A DNA stretch of 64,000 nt from Octopus sinensis (GCF_006345805.1 NC_043019.1:15189360-15253359); one strand, 5' to 3'; numbered from the stretch's first letter, positions 39,316 through 53,046 are shown. The notes: a model not told the origin generated them from the letters alone. Made by a program: numbers and translations.

Positions 39316-39869
39316 GCCCTGATGCAGTACCAGGCAGTGGCTCTCATGGCTTCTGATCTTAACTGATTAGAAGTGTTATCATGTACATTGTTTTGTCTTG
39401 GTATAAAAGATGGGCTACAGCAAATATTCTGCTCAATACCACAGATTTGCTTGTCAGTTGTTTGACCTTAACCAGTTGAGCATGTCCCTTAGTGGCTGAC
39501 GATATGTGCATCTCTGATCACGAGCAGAAGTAGTGGGGGAGCATCATAGCCATGTGCTGAGAGGGATTCTTTGGGGTTTGAATAGTTCACCTCTGGAAAC
39601 ATGGGTGGTTCTTTCAACATCCTTAAACAACCCTTATTCAGGGACCTTTTGAGCGGGATGGGCTACTCAACCTGAAGAAAATTCTAACTGGGCCCCACCT
39701 GCAAGGTCATGTGCTGTTTATCTTGATATGAGATCACCATGTCGCACACATATGGTTGTGATGCATGTGCCTGGTGTACCCTTATCAGACGGCTAGTCAT
39801 GATGGGTATATTGGGCTTCGTATATTTTACCCCAGTGTCACTTTGATGGCATGCACTGCTCTCTCACTC
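39314..39869 (+). mobile_element. Family D: ~555-bp non-coding element embedded in (TAA)n
   Basis: Flanked by (aat)n on both sides; three further copies in the window share the 3' end ctctctcactc. Confidence 0.8.
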
Positions 39870-40941
39870 AATAATAATAATAACAACAAACTTTAATGTA
39901 TTTCACACACGCACACGCACACACAGAGTATACACAGACCCACTCACACACATGCACAAAGACAACTTTCACACTTATGTAACGTATGGTGCACATCTGT
40001 AAGATATACATATACACACTCCAAACATACATGTGTAAACATATGAAATACAATATATACACATATGTAACATGATTTTTAGGTCATATACCCCCCCCAT
40101 ACACCCACACCCAGACACATATATATATGCGCATACATAAAATATGACATATACACAACACACAAACACGTGACATACATACAATATATACACACATGTA
40201 ATACGAATTATAGATGCATATATACACACACATATGCATGCTTATATACGCATACACATGCACATGACTTACAGCTTATAAGTATCAGCTAAGAAAGAAA
40301 CCTCTAACATGATGAACTGAACTGCAAGAAATAGCAGTCAAATGTCCCTCATATCATGCCTTGTTGTGTTGAAAGAAAAAGGAAATGAACAAAGGATACA
40401 TCGGATAAGGGAATCCGAGATGTAAGCCATGAATGAATCCCACCTCCCCAAAAAGAGAAAGCAGTGTTAACAGGTGGAATGAATTTGATCCCAAGTTTTC
40501 TGTATCAAAACTGAGCTGGATTTTAACAACACCTCATTCATCATCATCATTGTCGTCCTCATTCGAAGTGGGTGAGCAAACCAACCCCAACCAGTTGGTA
40601 GTCACAACATGAGTCGTATTATTCATCTTTTTGATTGCTGAGAACAGAACGCGGCTCACAAGCTCCCGTCCCCTCCCGTTCGGGTGGTTTTCATCTCATC
40701 CTTGTATGCCAATCTGTCACAAGGTTACCCATTTACAGCCAAATGGACCAGAGCATTCCGGTCAAGTCACTAGTCTGCAAACAAATTCCTCCCTACACTT
40801 AAAGATTTTGGTGTCCCCTATATATGTGTAATTCAAAATATAAAAACAATAATAAACCATAACACAAATTATTTTTTGAAACGAAACAAACCTAACAGCA
40901 AGATGGAAAGTAATGTTGAGTTTTGTATATTTTTATTTTAG

Positions 40942-41325
40942 GTGCAGGAGTGGCTGTGTGGTAAGTAGCTTGTTTACCAACCACATGGTTCCGGGTTCAG
41001 TCCCACTGCATGGCACCTTGGGCAAGTGTTTTCTACTATAGCCTCGGGCCGTCGAAAGCCTTGTGGATTTGGTAGACAGTAACTGAAAAGAAACCCATCG
41101 TATATATGTGTGTGTGTCTGTTCCTCACCTCCAACATCACTTGACAACCGATGCTGGTGTGTTTACGTCCCTGTAACTAAGCAGTTTGGCAAAAGAGACC
41201 AATAGAATAAATATGTACTAGGCTTACAAAAAATAAGTCCCGGGGTCGATTTGATTCGACTAAAGGCGGTGCTCCAGCATGGCCACAGGCAAATGACTGA
41301 AACAAGTAAAAGAGTAAAAGAGTAA
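40942..41325 (+). mobile_element. SINE family A, full length
   Basis: Complete head to tail. Confidence 0.85.
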
Positions 41326-41545
41326 AGTTTTCTCCTGCTTTTCATAGTTGCAAAGTCTTTGATCAGATCCTCAAAATTAATCAACAATTAAAACATCTGA
41401 TAATTATATTTCCGATCCTATAAACCATTTGGAATATTATTCTAGCAAATTGAAAGTGATTTCTTGTGGGCTGTAAACCATTTACCATTTCTGTGGTCCA
41501 CCCCTCCCAAATTCCCTTGATGTCCCTAAGCACATGCTTATTCTG

Positions 41546-41800
41546 TGGAGGCACATGGCCTAGTGGTTAGAGCAGTGAACTCGCGGTCGAGGGATCGCGG
41601 GTTCGAATCTCAGACTGATCGATGTGTGTGTTTATGAGCAAAACACCTAAGCTCCACGCGGCTCCGGAAGAAGGTAATGGCGAACTTCTGCTGACTCTTT
41701 CGCCACAACTTTCTCTCACTCTTTCCTCCTGCATCTTGCAGCTCACCTGCGACGGACTGGCATCCCATCCAGGTGAGGAACCTATACGCCGAGGAAACCA
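41546..41800 (+). mobile_element. SINE with F-type head and alternative tail (ggactggcatcccatccagg)
   Basis: Head aligns with F for about 170 bp, then diverges. Confidence 0.7.
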
Positions 41801-41845
41801 GGAAAAAAAATATGTGTGTGTGTCTGTGTGTGTGTGTGTGTATAG

Positions 41846-42225
41846 TGGCACTCCATCGATTATGACGACGAGGATTCCAGTTGATCCGATCAACGTAACA
41901 GTCTGCTCTTGAAATTAACGTGCAAGTGGCTGAGCACTCCACAGACACATGTACCCTTAACATAGTTCTCGGGGATATTCAGCATGACACAGAGAGTGAC
42001 AAGGCCGGCCCTTTGAAATACAGGTACAACAGAAACAGGAAGTAAGAGTGAGAGAAAGTTGTGGTGAAAGAGTACAGCAGGGATCACCACCACGCCCTGC
42101 CGGAGCCTCGTGGAGCTTTTAGGTGTTTTCGCTCAATAAACACTCACAACGCCCGGTCTGGGAATCGAAACCACGATCCTATGACCGCGAGTCCGCTGCC
42201 CTAACCACTGAGCCATTGCGCCTCC
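41846..42225 (-). mobile_element. SINE family F, CpG-rich (young)
   Basis: Matches the other F copies. Confidence 0.85.
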
Positions 42226-42828
42226 CTGCTTTCTTTAGCTGAGTGATGAATCCTTCCTTTCTCAAATCAATTCTCTGCTGCATTTCTGAATGTGCAAACG
42301 ATTTACTGCTGCATTTCGGTTTGTGAAATGATTCCTCGCTGCATGTTAAAGTGCGCAGTTAAATGGCTTTCGCTATATCTAGAACACTGGTAGGTCGTGC
42401 TTAATAGGGCAGCTTACTACCCATGTGCCAGAGGGTTACGACGTCAACAACAACAATACAAACTTATTTTCCCTCAACATCACAAACTTAGGGATTAAAA
42501 AGATTAAAAGACTTAATCTCCAATAGTATTCAAATAACTTATATATATCTTATCTTATATATATATATTATTATTATTATTATACATACACACCTTATAT
42601 TCTTCTAGTACTAAAAATATATTTCTTAAACAAAGGCAAAAATTTAAGGCATTGTTACTGTTGCTCAGCCCCAAGGCAGTACCATATACAAGCAACTAAT
42701 AATAATAATAATAATAATAATAATAAGATTATATAGGACTGAGGTAACTCCTCCAGAAGTTATACAGAAATAAAAATAAAAATAGACGTCAAAATATCGT
42801 TCAACCAATTTCACATGATAACTATGGC

Positions 42829-42869
<41 letters not shown>

Positions 42870-43416
42870 CCAGATACTGACTCTCATGGCTTCTGATCTT
42901 AACTGGTTGGAAGTGTTATCATGTACATTGTTTTGTCTTGGTATAAAAGATGGCCTACAGCAAATATTCTGCTCAATACCACAGATTTGCTTGTCAGTTG
43001 TTTGACCTTAACCAGTTGAGCATGCCCCTTAGTGGCTGACGATATGTGCATCTCTGATCACGAGCAGAAGTAGTGGGGGAGCATTATAGCCATGTGTTGC
43101 CAGGAATTCTTTGGGGTTTCAATAATTGCTCTCTGGAAACATGGCTGTTTTGTTCATCATCTTAAACAAACCTTATTCAGGGACCATTTGAGCAGGTCGG
43201 GGCTACTTGACCAGAAGAAAATTCTAACTGGGCTCCACCCGCAAGGCCATGCACTATTTATCTTGATATGAGAACACCATTTTGCACACATATGGTTGTG
43301 ATGCATGTGCATGGTGTACCCTTATCAGACAGCCATGATGGGTGTACTGGGCTTCATATATTTTACCTCAGTCACTTTGATGGCAAGCACTACTCTCTCA
43401 CTCAATGATAATAATA

Positions 43417-43465
<49 letters not shown>

Positions 43466-43999
43466 CCAGATACTGACTCTCATGGCTTCTGATCTTAACT
43501 GGTTGGAAGTGTTATCATGTACATTGTTTTGTCTTGGTATAAAAGATGGCCTACAGCAAATATTCTGCTCAATACCACAGATTTGCTTGTCAGTTGTTTG
43601 ACCTTAACCAGTTGAGCATGCCCCTTAGTGGCTGACGATATGTGCATCTCTGATCACGAGCAGAAGTAGTGGGGGAGCATTATAGCCATGTGTTGCCAGG
43701 AATTCTTTGGGGTTTCAATAATTGCTCTCTGGAAACATGGCTGTTTTGTTCATCATCTTAAACAAACCTTATTCAGGGACCATTTGAGCAGGTCGGGGCT
43801 ACTTGACCAGAAGAAAATTCTAACTGGGCTCCACCCGCAAGGCCATGCACTATTTATCTTGATATGAGAACACCATTTTGCACACATATGGTTGTGATGC
43901 ATGTGCATGGTGTACCCTTATCAGACAGCCATGATGGGTGTACTGGGCTTCATATATTTTACCTCAGTCACTTTGATGGCAAGCACTACTCTCTCACTC
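42870..43999 (+). mobile_element. Two apparently identical tandem family D copies (42870-43403, 43466-43999; period 596 bp)
   Basis: No difference found by eye outside the (aat)n spacer. Confidence 0.9.
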
Positions 44000-44003
44000 A
44001 ATG

Positions 44004-44057
<54 letters not shown>

Positions 44058-44060
<3 letters not shown>

Positions 44061-44540
44061 GATGACCTAAAACTGTACGCTACAAAAGATAAACAGATGG
44101 AAACATTACTACATGAACTTGCCAAAGAAATAGATATGAAATTTGGCTTAGAAAAATGTGCCAAAGCAACCTTGAAAAGAGGAAAACTAGTTAAGAGTAT
44201 CAAACATTACACTAGATAAAGCAAATGAAATAAGAGAATTAGACCAAAGCCAGACATACAAATATTTAGGAATCAATGAACTAGATACAACACACATAAA
44301 TGAAAGAGAAAATAAAAAATATTATAGGCGAGTTAGATTAATACTGAAAACAGAGCTCAACGTGAAAAACAAGATAATAGGTATCAACTCTTTAGCCATC
44401 CCAGTTATAAGTTACAGTTGCAATATCCTTAACTGGACACTAAATGAACTAATCAAAATAGACAGGAAAACAAGAAAAATAATGACAGGATTTAGGATAC
44501 ACCACCCAACATCTGACATAGAAATGTTAACGTATAGAAG
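44058..44540 (+). mobile_element. R4/Dong-like LINE reverse transcriptase fragment, disrupted
   Basis: MDDLKLYA...DMKFGLEKCAK...TYKYLGINE...NKIIGINSLAIPVISYS; begins at the (Y)MDD motif directly after (aat)n; stops and frameshifts. Confidence 0.8.
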
Positions 44541-44667
44541 GTAAACCAAAAGAAATGCAACAAAACATTTTGTCCAATGTGCAAAGAATTCTGTTGGTTG
44601 GGAAGCAAAATTCTTAACCAAATAGTCACCCCTGCACTGCTCTTGCTGTCTGTCTCTCTTTTTTATA

Positions 44668-45080
44668 TAGGAGTGGCTGTATGGTAAGTAGCTTGCTTAC
44701 CAACCACATGGTCCTGGGTTCAGTCCCACTGCATGGCACCTTTGACAAGTGTCTTCTATTATAGCCTCAGCCTGACCAAAGCCTGTGAGAGGATTTGGTA
44801 GACAAAAACTGAAAGAAGCCCATCATATGTACATATATATATATATGTATGTGTGTGTATATGTTTATGTATCTGTGTTTGTCCCCCCCCCCCCAACATC
44901 GCTTGACAACTGATGCTGGTGCATTTACTTCCCTGTAATATAGCAATTCGGCAAAATAGATCAATAGAATAAGTACTAGGCTTACAAAGGAATAAGTCCT
45001 GGGGTCGATTTTCTCGACTAAAGGCGATACTCCAGCATGGCCACAGTCAAATGACTGAAACAAGTAAAAGAATAAAAGAA
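44668..45080 (+). mobile_element. SINE family A, full length
   Basis: Complete head to tail. Confidence 0.85.
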
Positions 45081-45404
45081 TACTGTGTGTGTGTGTGTGT
45101 GTGTAGTTAGTAGTTAATAAACTGTATGGTATACACCTGGTAGTTTACCTGTAAAGCATGTTCACTTTCACAGTGTTCATTGCGTATTTTATTAATGAGA
45201 GAGAGACAGGAGATGGATGATACAAGAATGTCTATTGTAATCACCTGAGGAGACACATCTACACCAACAGATGCACCTAAACCAGTTGTTCAGTATCCCA
45301 ACCGTGAGGGATTGATGCTAGATGGGTCGAAACAATTGTAGTAATCAATAAACATTCTCGTATCTTCTATCTTCCATCTCTTTCGTTAATCAAATATATG
45401 TGGG

Positions 45405-45640
45405 GGGGCAATGGTTAGGGTATTATACTCATGATCGTATGGTTGTGGTTTCCGTTCCTGGACCAGGTAATGAGTTGTGTTCTTGAGCAAGACACTTCAT
45501 TTCATGTTGCTCCAGTCCACTCAGCTGGCAAGAACGATTAATCCTGTGCTGGACCAGCATCCCATCCAGTTGGAGCAAAGAGTGGGGAACATATACATCA
45601 CGAAATCTGAGAAACTGGCCTTTTGAGCCCATGGCACGGA
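45405..45640 (+). mobile_element. SINE with E-type head and cagcatcccatccag tail
   Basis: Reverse copy at about 24780-25000. Confidence 0.65.
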
Positions 45641-45967
45641 AAGGACCTTTGATCCTTCTTTTTACACATGCACACAAACACACACATATGGTGTGTTAAG
45701 TTCAGTTTCCATCTACCTGTACAAGGAACTGCACAGTGAGATTGAACCCAAAACCACAAGGATGTGAAACAGACTTCTTGACCACACTACCAATGTATAC
45801 ACACACGTGCGGCATGCTCAGTTCAGTTTCCATCTACCAGATCCATGAGGCATTCATCAGCCCAGGGCTACAACAGAAGGCATTTGTCCAAGGAACTGGA
45901 TAAGTGAGACTGAACCCAAAACCACAAGGTTACAAAACAGATTTCTTAACCACACAACCAATGTTTG

Positions 45968-46002
<35 letters not shown>

Positions 46003-46293
46003 ACACACACAGCTTTATATTTACATAACTATTTATAATGCAAAACTGAACTGAGTGTTATTGTGGTTAATTTTTGCACCACAAAATAAACAAAGACACA
46101 CTTTAATTGGTTGTTTTTAATTGGGTATTTTTACCTCAATTGCTCTTTTCAATATTTTTGAGTTTCCCTTAGTCTTTCCTCCTCAAAGACATCACAATTA
46201 ACTCTTTCTGTTTGTCTAAGCACCAAAGAAACACTCTCAATCATGCACTTATCAAATTCTTTGCTTATATTTGGTTTCTTCTTTTGTTCTTTC

Positions 46294-46343
<50 letters not shown>

Positions 46344-46354
46344 AAGCAAGTGCT

Positions 46355-46780
46355 GCTGTAAAATCTTCAAAGCCACAGTCGAACCAATTCTACTATATGG
46401 CTCAGAAACCTGGACGTTATCAAAGAAGCTTGAGAGGTGGTTGGATGGAACTTACACTCGCCTCCTTATGAGAGCTCAAAATCTCTCTAGGAAGCGTCAT
46501 CCAACCAAAGTACAAATATATAGGAAACTACCACCTGTATCATCTCTTGTGAAAGGTTTGCTGGACATTGTTGTAGAGCAGAAAACGAGGTAATTTCTAC
46601 TCTTCTCCTCTGGAAGCCGTCTGCTCGCGATACCAGAGGGCACACACACTCCTACCCTGATGTAATCTCCAGGGACACAGGCATCCAGCAACAGGACCTC
46701 CGTAATGCTATGATGGACCGTGAGGTCTGGCGTAACATAGTAAATTCCATTGTCTCGACCACAGTCGAACAATGAATGAA
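46355..46780 (+). mobile_element. 5'-truncated RTE-like LINE 3' end
   Basis: KIFKATVEPILLYGSETWTLSKKLERWLDGTYTRLL...AGHCCR...LLLWKPS...DLRNAMMDREVWRNIV, with a frameshift. Confidence 0.8.
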
Positions 46781-47964
46781 ATGCTACTCTCATGCAAGTG
46801 GTGTCGTTTGTTGACAATCTTCTGCGTAAACATGTCTCGTGCTGTGGGGAATTATTATTATTATACTTGAAATGAGTGGGGAGTGAGGGTTATCAACAGG
46901 AAGAGTACCCAGTCACAGAAATCTACCCGAAGAAATTCTGTCAGATGCACCCCCACCATGGAAGCACGGTGGGCGTTAGAGTGACAAGGAGGATTCGCAT
47001 AGACACCGACATGTAAACACACGTGTACATATCATCATCATCATCATCATTATCATCATCCAATGTTTTAATTTCAGGTTTTGTCCCCGTTAACAGGGGT
47101 GGCTGGATTTACCTCAATGCCATAGCAACCGAGGTAGGTAGGTGCAGCCCACCCCAATCTTTGGGCTGGTTAGTGCCCATTCTCCTTTGCTATCTTGAGC
47201 CTTTTTTGGAGCTGGATTTTCTACACACACATACTTGGAAATGGATGCATGGCATTCGATCGTTTTTTTTTCTCTTTTTTTTTTAGTTTCAGCTCAGAGC
47301 TGCGGCCGTGGTGATGCACCACCGTATATATATATATAATATATATATATTTACATCATACATACATATACTCACACACAGACATATAGACAGACAGACA
47401 GACAGACTGAGATAGAGAGATAGATAGATAGATGATAGATAGATAGATAGATAGATTGATAGAGAGATAGATAGATAGATAGATAGATAGACAGACAGAG
47501 AGACAGACAGATGTAGACAGAGACAAAGACAGAGGGGAAATGGCTGAATAATGAAAGGAAGAAGTTTGAAAGTGGAGTTAGTTGGGATGAAGATCTCACA
47601 TTACAAATTAAAGAGAATAAATATGGGGATACGAAGGAACAAATGGGTCAGCTTGAATCACACATCCTGTTTCTGAAGTCTTCAAAAACTGCCAGCATCA
47701 AAGAAAACACCGATTCTCTCTTTGACAAAACAAGACAAGCAAAACCTGATGACTCCATCGCCTTTTCACTCTTACTCTCTCTTACTCTTTCTCTCCGCCT
47801 CTCGCTCCTCCACACCTTTCTCCCTTTTACTGTCTCTCTATCTATTCTCTCCCTCCTTTTCTTCTCTCTATGTATCTGTTGATTTGTCTGTCTGTCAGTC
47901 TGTCTGTGTCTCTCTCTCTCTCTCTCTCTCTCTCCCGGTTCATTATTTTCTCCCTCTCTTTTCA

Positions 47965-47997
<33 letters not shown>

Positions 47998-48257
47998 TCT
48001 TATCCTTACATTTCTCTTTCTCTCTTTCAATCTCCATTATTCTCTCCACCAATGTCCTTCTCATGTTTTTCTTTTTTCTTATCCAGTCGCTTTCTCTACC
48101 ATATATATGTGTGTGTGTGTGTGTGTATATATATATAGAGAGAGAGAGATACACACACACACACACAACACACACACACACACACACACAGAGGAGGGGG
48201 TATATTTGCTATTTGTGTGTGCATAAATATGTATGTATGTATGTATTTCTAAGTGTG

Positions 48258-48627
48258 TGTGGAGTGGTTGTGTGGTAAGTAGCTTGCTTACCAACCACAT
48301 GGTTCCGGGTTCAACTCCGCTGCATGGTACCTTGGCCAACTGTCTTCTACTATAGCCTTGAGCCAACCAAAGCCTTGTGAGTGGGATATGGTAGACGGAA
48401 ACCGAAAGAAGCCCATCATATATATACATACGTGTGTGTGTATGTTTGTGTGTGTGTGTGTTAGTCCCCCCTACCACCATCGCTTGACAACCGATGTTGG
48501 TCTGTTTATGTCCCCATAACTTAGCCGCCAATAGAATACTAGTACTAGGCTTACAAAGAATAAATCCTGGGGTCGACTTCTAAAGACGATGCTCCAGCAT
48601 GACCGCAGTCAAATGACTGAAACAAGA

Positions 48628-48658
<31 letters not shown>

Positions 48659-48868
48659 AGCTCTGTCTGGCACCTGTGCGGGTGGCACGTAAAAAGCACC
48701 CACTACACTCATGGAGTGGTTGGCATTAGGAAGGGCATCCAGCCGTAGAAACACTGCCAGATCTGACTGGGCCTGATGAAGCCTTCCGGCTTCACAGACC
48801 CCAGTTGAGCCGTCCAACCCATGCTAGCATGGAAAACGGACGCTAAATGATGATGATGATGATGATGA
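48258..48868 (+). mobile_element. SINE A (48258-48625) followed by family C (48655-48868)
   Basis: Both match window consensus. Confidence 0.8.
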
Positions 48869-49334
48869 TATATATATATATATATGCGTGTAAATATATG
48901 TGTATCTGTGCTTGTGTGTATGTAAATACAAATGTATATCTTTAAATGTGTGTGTGTATATACACACACACACACGTGCCCTACAATAAATAAAAGGTGG
49001 ACACCATTTCTAAAAGTGAGTGTTTCTAGAAAAGAGCAGGAAAGATGGTGGGAAGAAGGAGGGTGGGGGAGGGGTGAAGGTCAATGGTCAAGTATGGAGA
49101 AATATTTATAGAGAGGTTTTGCCTTCTTCGTTAGACACAGTCAGGAGGGGTGGGGGCAATGGTGGAGCCGGTAGCTGCAGTGATGGTGGCGGTTGTGGCA
49201 GTGGCGATAGGGTGTTGTGGTGGTGGTGGTAGTGGTGGTGGTGGTGGTGGCTGCAGCAGTGGCAGTGGTAGAATGTGTACTGTGAACAGTTCCTCTAATG
49301 GTAGATTTAATATTAATTCACAAAACTTCGCATG

Positions 49335-49855
49335 CAGACACACACACACTTGAACATGCAAACAATCACACACACAACACAGGCAGACAATCTCACACAC
49401 ACACACACACACACACAATACAGGCAGACAATCACACACACACACACATACACACCACACATACACACACACTTGGACATGCAAACAATCACACACACAA
49501 CACAGGCAGACAATCTCACACACACACACACACACACACACAATACAGGCAGACAATCACACACACACACACACACCACACACACACACACATACACACA
49601 CACTTGGACATGCAAACAATCACACACACAACACAGGCAGATAATCACACACACACACACACACAATACAGGCAGACAATCACACACACACACACACACA
49701 CACACAATACAGGCAGACAATCACACACACACACATACACACAACACAGGCAGACAATCTCACACACACACACACATGCACACCACACACACACACACAC
49801 TTGGACATGCAAACGATCACACACACAACACAGGCAGACAGTCTCACACACACAC
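49335..49855. repeat. Higher-order (CA)n-based minisatellite
   Basis: Alternating acaggcagacaatc and acttggacatgcaaac anchors; long unit about 125-200 bp. Confidence 0.85.
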
Positions 49856-50624
49856 ATACACATATGCACACCACACATACACAAACACTTGCATGTATTC
49901 ACACACCTACACACAATAACATCTTCACACAATGGCACTCAAGTACACACACACACACATACACACACACACACACACACACAAAAAAAACTTATTAGAG
50001 AATGTTTACAAAAAATAAATCTTTGTTCAATTATTATAGGAAGACGGAGGTGGGGGAGGTCGGTCGTGTGACGAATGTTAAGTAATACAAGAGGAGAGAT
50101 TAGGAAATAGAGAGTGAGAGAGAGAGTGAGAGGTGTGGGAGGAAATGAGAGGAGGAGGAGGAGAAAATGAGAAAAGCATGAGTTACAAAGAGAGGAGGAG
50201 ATGAAAGGAAAGTGAATGAGTAATAAAAGAAGTGAGAAAGAGGAGAAGAGAAGAGAGGACTAGGAAGAGGAGAAGTAAGAATGGGAGAGAAAGGGTGAGC
50301 TAAAGAGAGAGAGACAGAGAGAGAATGTGAGAGAAAGTTAGAGAGAGACAAGCAGAGAGAAGAGAGATAAAGTGAGAACTAAGGAAAGAGAAAGAGAGCA
50401 AGGGGAAGTGAGAGAGAGAGAGTTAGGGTGAGAGAATGAGCTTGAGAGAGAGAGGGGGAGCCAAAGAGAGTGAGCTAGAGAGAAAGATAGAGAGCTAGAC
50501 AGGGAGAGAGAAAGAGAGGAAGACAGCTAAAGAGGAAGAGATGCAAAGAAAAACAGGCAGAGAGGGGGTGGGGCAAAAGGAGAGGCAGAGAGAGAGAGAG
50601 GTAAGGAGAGAGAAGCAGAGACAG

Positions 50625-50725
50625 AGAAGCAGAGAGAGAGAGACAAAAAGAAAGAGAGAGACAAAAAGAAAGAGAGAGACAAAAAGAAAGAGAGACAAAA
50701 AGAAAGAGAGAGACAAAAAGAGACA
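50625..50725. repeat. (agagagagacaaaaagaa)n minisatellite
   Basis: About five units of 18-20 bp. Confidence 0.85.
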
Positions 50726-52162
50726 GACAGACAGAGAGAGAGACAGACAGAGAGACAGCAAAAGAGAGAACCACACAGAGAGAGACAGAGAGACATCAAG
50801 TGTGAGAGAGAGAGACACACAGACAGACAGACAGCGCTAGTTTCAGGAAATACAATGCAGGATAGAGGGAGCAAAGTCAAATATGCAAATATAATCATCT
50901 GTAATTTCCGCACAGGGGCCCAGTAATGGGGGGTGAGGAGAACAGGGGACAAGTCAGTCAAGTCAGTACCCAGTACTTCATAAGTACTTTTTGTTTTATC
51001 AAACCTGGAGGGATGAAAGGCAAAGCTGACCTCAGCAGGATTTGAACTCAGAATGTAAAGACCCAGAACAGACACACAAGTGAAATGGAAATCCATTGAA
51101 GACCAAGAATGGAAAGAATTCTTCCTGAGGAAATAAGCGCAGGCGTGACAGCTGTGTGGTAAGTAGCTTGCTTCCCAACCACATGGTTCCAGGTTCAATC
51201 CCACTGCGTGGCATCTTGGGCAAGTATCTTCTACTCTCCTCCACCACCGCTTGACAACTGGGGTGGGTGTGTTCACATTTCCGTAACTTACAACATGCTG
51301 CTGGGAACTGAACTCACAACCTTACAGTCATGAGCCGGATACTCCTAACCACTAAGCCACACATCTTTATGAATAGGAATTATGAAGAGCTAGAAAGAGA
51401 AGATTAGTCAGCCTTGTGAATGGATCATAAATATGCAGCAGAGAAAATCCAATCTCCGAAACAGAACAGGAAATATTTCACAATCCACTGACCAAAAAAC
51501 CACAACAAGGAAATGACAACAGCCGTTCCTTATATCAGGGAATTCTTTGAATTCCAGACATGTTCCACACATGTGATCAGGGCATGTTACTCACATCATC
51601 ATCATCATCATCATCGTTTCCCATCCACTTCTCCATGCTTTTATGAGTCACATGGAATTTGTCAGGGCAGACCTTCTGTGGCTGGATACCCTTCCTGATG
51701 CCAACCTTCACCCATTTACAAGCAAATAATATATTTCTTATAGTTAGACACGCTTTCCACAGACGACTGGAAACTAACAACCTCACTTGTATGACTATGA
51801 TAAACTCTTTAACAACCACCACATGACGTCTGGACAGGGGTAAACATCACACACACACACACAAGCCAGAGTCACAACAGATTTTGGTGAAATGTTTTTT
51901 TGCTGTTATGTTGGTACGTTTGTAGTAAATAAACTTCATATTTTTTGTTTTGGTGCCCCAGCATGGCTGTGGCCTTCGGGCTGAAACATTTTTAAGGATT
52001 TAAGAATTATGAAAGTAATATTAACTTTTTCATGAAATCTGCAGTTAAATATTGTCATATGCTACTTCCCTGGCCCCAGCAGACTAAACGGGAAAAGGCA
52101 TTGCTACTCTGATTCCCTGGGCTCATACCTGCGGACAGCCATCTCTGCCCCGACAGCAGTGA

Positions 52163-52356
52163 GCAGAAATGTTGCCCGGTTTCAAAGGTTAATAAAAACC
52201 CAACACATGAAGATGCGTGAAAAAACTTGGACTTTCTATGAAGTTCATTAAATGCCATCCTTTTTTTTCTGGCCTGGAGCAGCGAACATCAATTTTTCTT
52301 GTATCTTCATGTGTTTGTTTTTTGATTAACCTTTGAAATCGAGGCAACCTTTCTGC
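52163..52356. repeat. Foldback inverted repeat (MITE-like), ~63-bp arms and ~65-bp spacer
   Basis: gcagaaatgttgcccggtttcaaaggttaat..aacacatgaagat vs the reverse complement of 52292-52356. Confidence 0.8.
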
Positions 52357-52995
52357 CACACCCTGTGTGTGTGTGTGTGAGAGACAGGCTTCTTTTAGTT
52401 CATGCCTACCAAATTCACTCACAACTTGATATTACAGTAGAGTACACTTGCCCGAGGTGCCACAGAGTGGGAGTGAACCTAAGACCACATGGTTAGGAAC
52501 CTAGATTCTGAACCACACAACCCATGCCAGCACACATTACAGACATGCATTAGACATGTTCCAGACAAAACCATTTCTCACTGGTCCATCTCAGTCTACA
52601 TACTTGCAGAGCCGAGAGCGCCAGAACACACTGTAAATGTTACCATAAGCCATACACAGGAACACCCTCTTCCAAGGTGAAATTCTTTTTTTTCCTCAAT
52701 ACCTCAGAGTACAGAATACCACAGAATATAACATACTTCAGAGTATACAATATCTCACAAGGTACAAACAACCTCTACCCCTAAAATTCCTCGCCTTGTT
52801 ATTATCATTATTATTATTATTCAATAATTCTTTTACTCTTTTACTTGCTTCAGTCATGTGACTACGGCCATGCTGGAGCACCGTCTTTAGTCAAACAAAT
52901 TAACCCCAGGGCTTATTCTTTGTAAGCCTAGTACTTATTCTATCGGTCTCTTTTGCTGAATCGCTATTGGCCTTAATTTCTCTGTGTGTATTGGC

Positions 52996-53026
<31 letters not shown>

Positions 53027-53046
53027 TATTATCATCATTATTATTT

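Noticed and set aside
47500-47882. Open + frame (KFESGVSWDEDLTLQIKENKYGD...) and minus-strand acceptor-like tracts
   Set aside because: No coherent splice pair or recognised homology; the frame extends into GA/CT repeats. Cannot be supported without a search.
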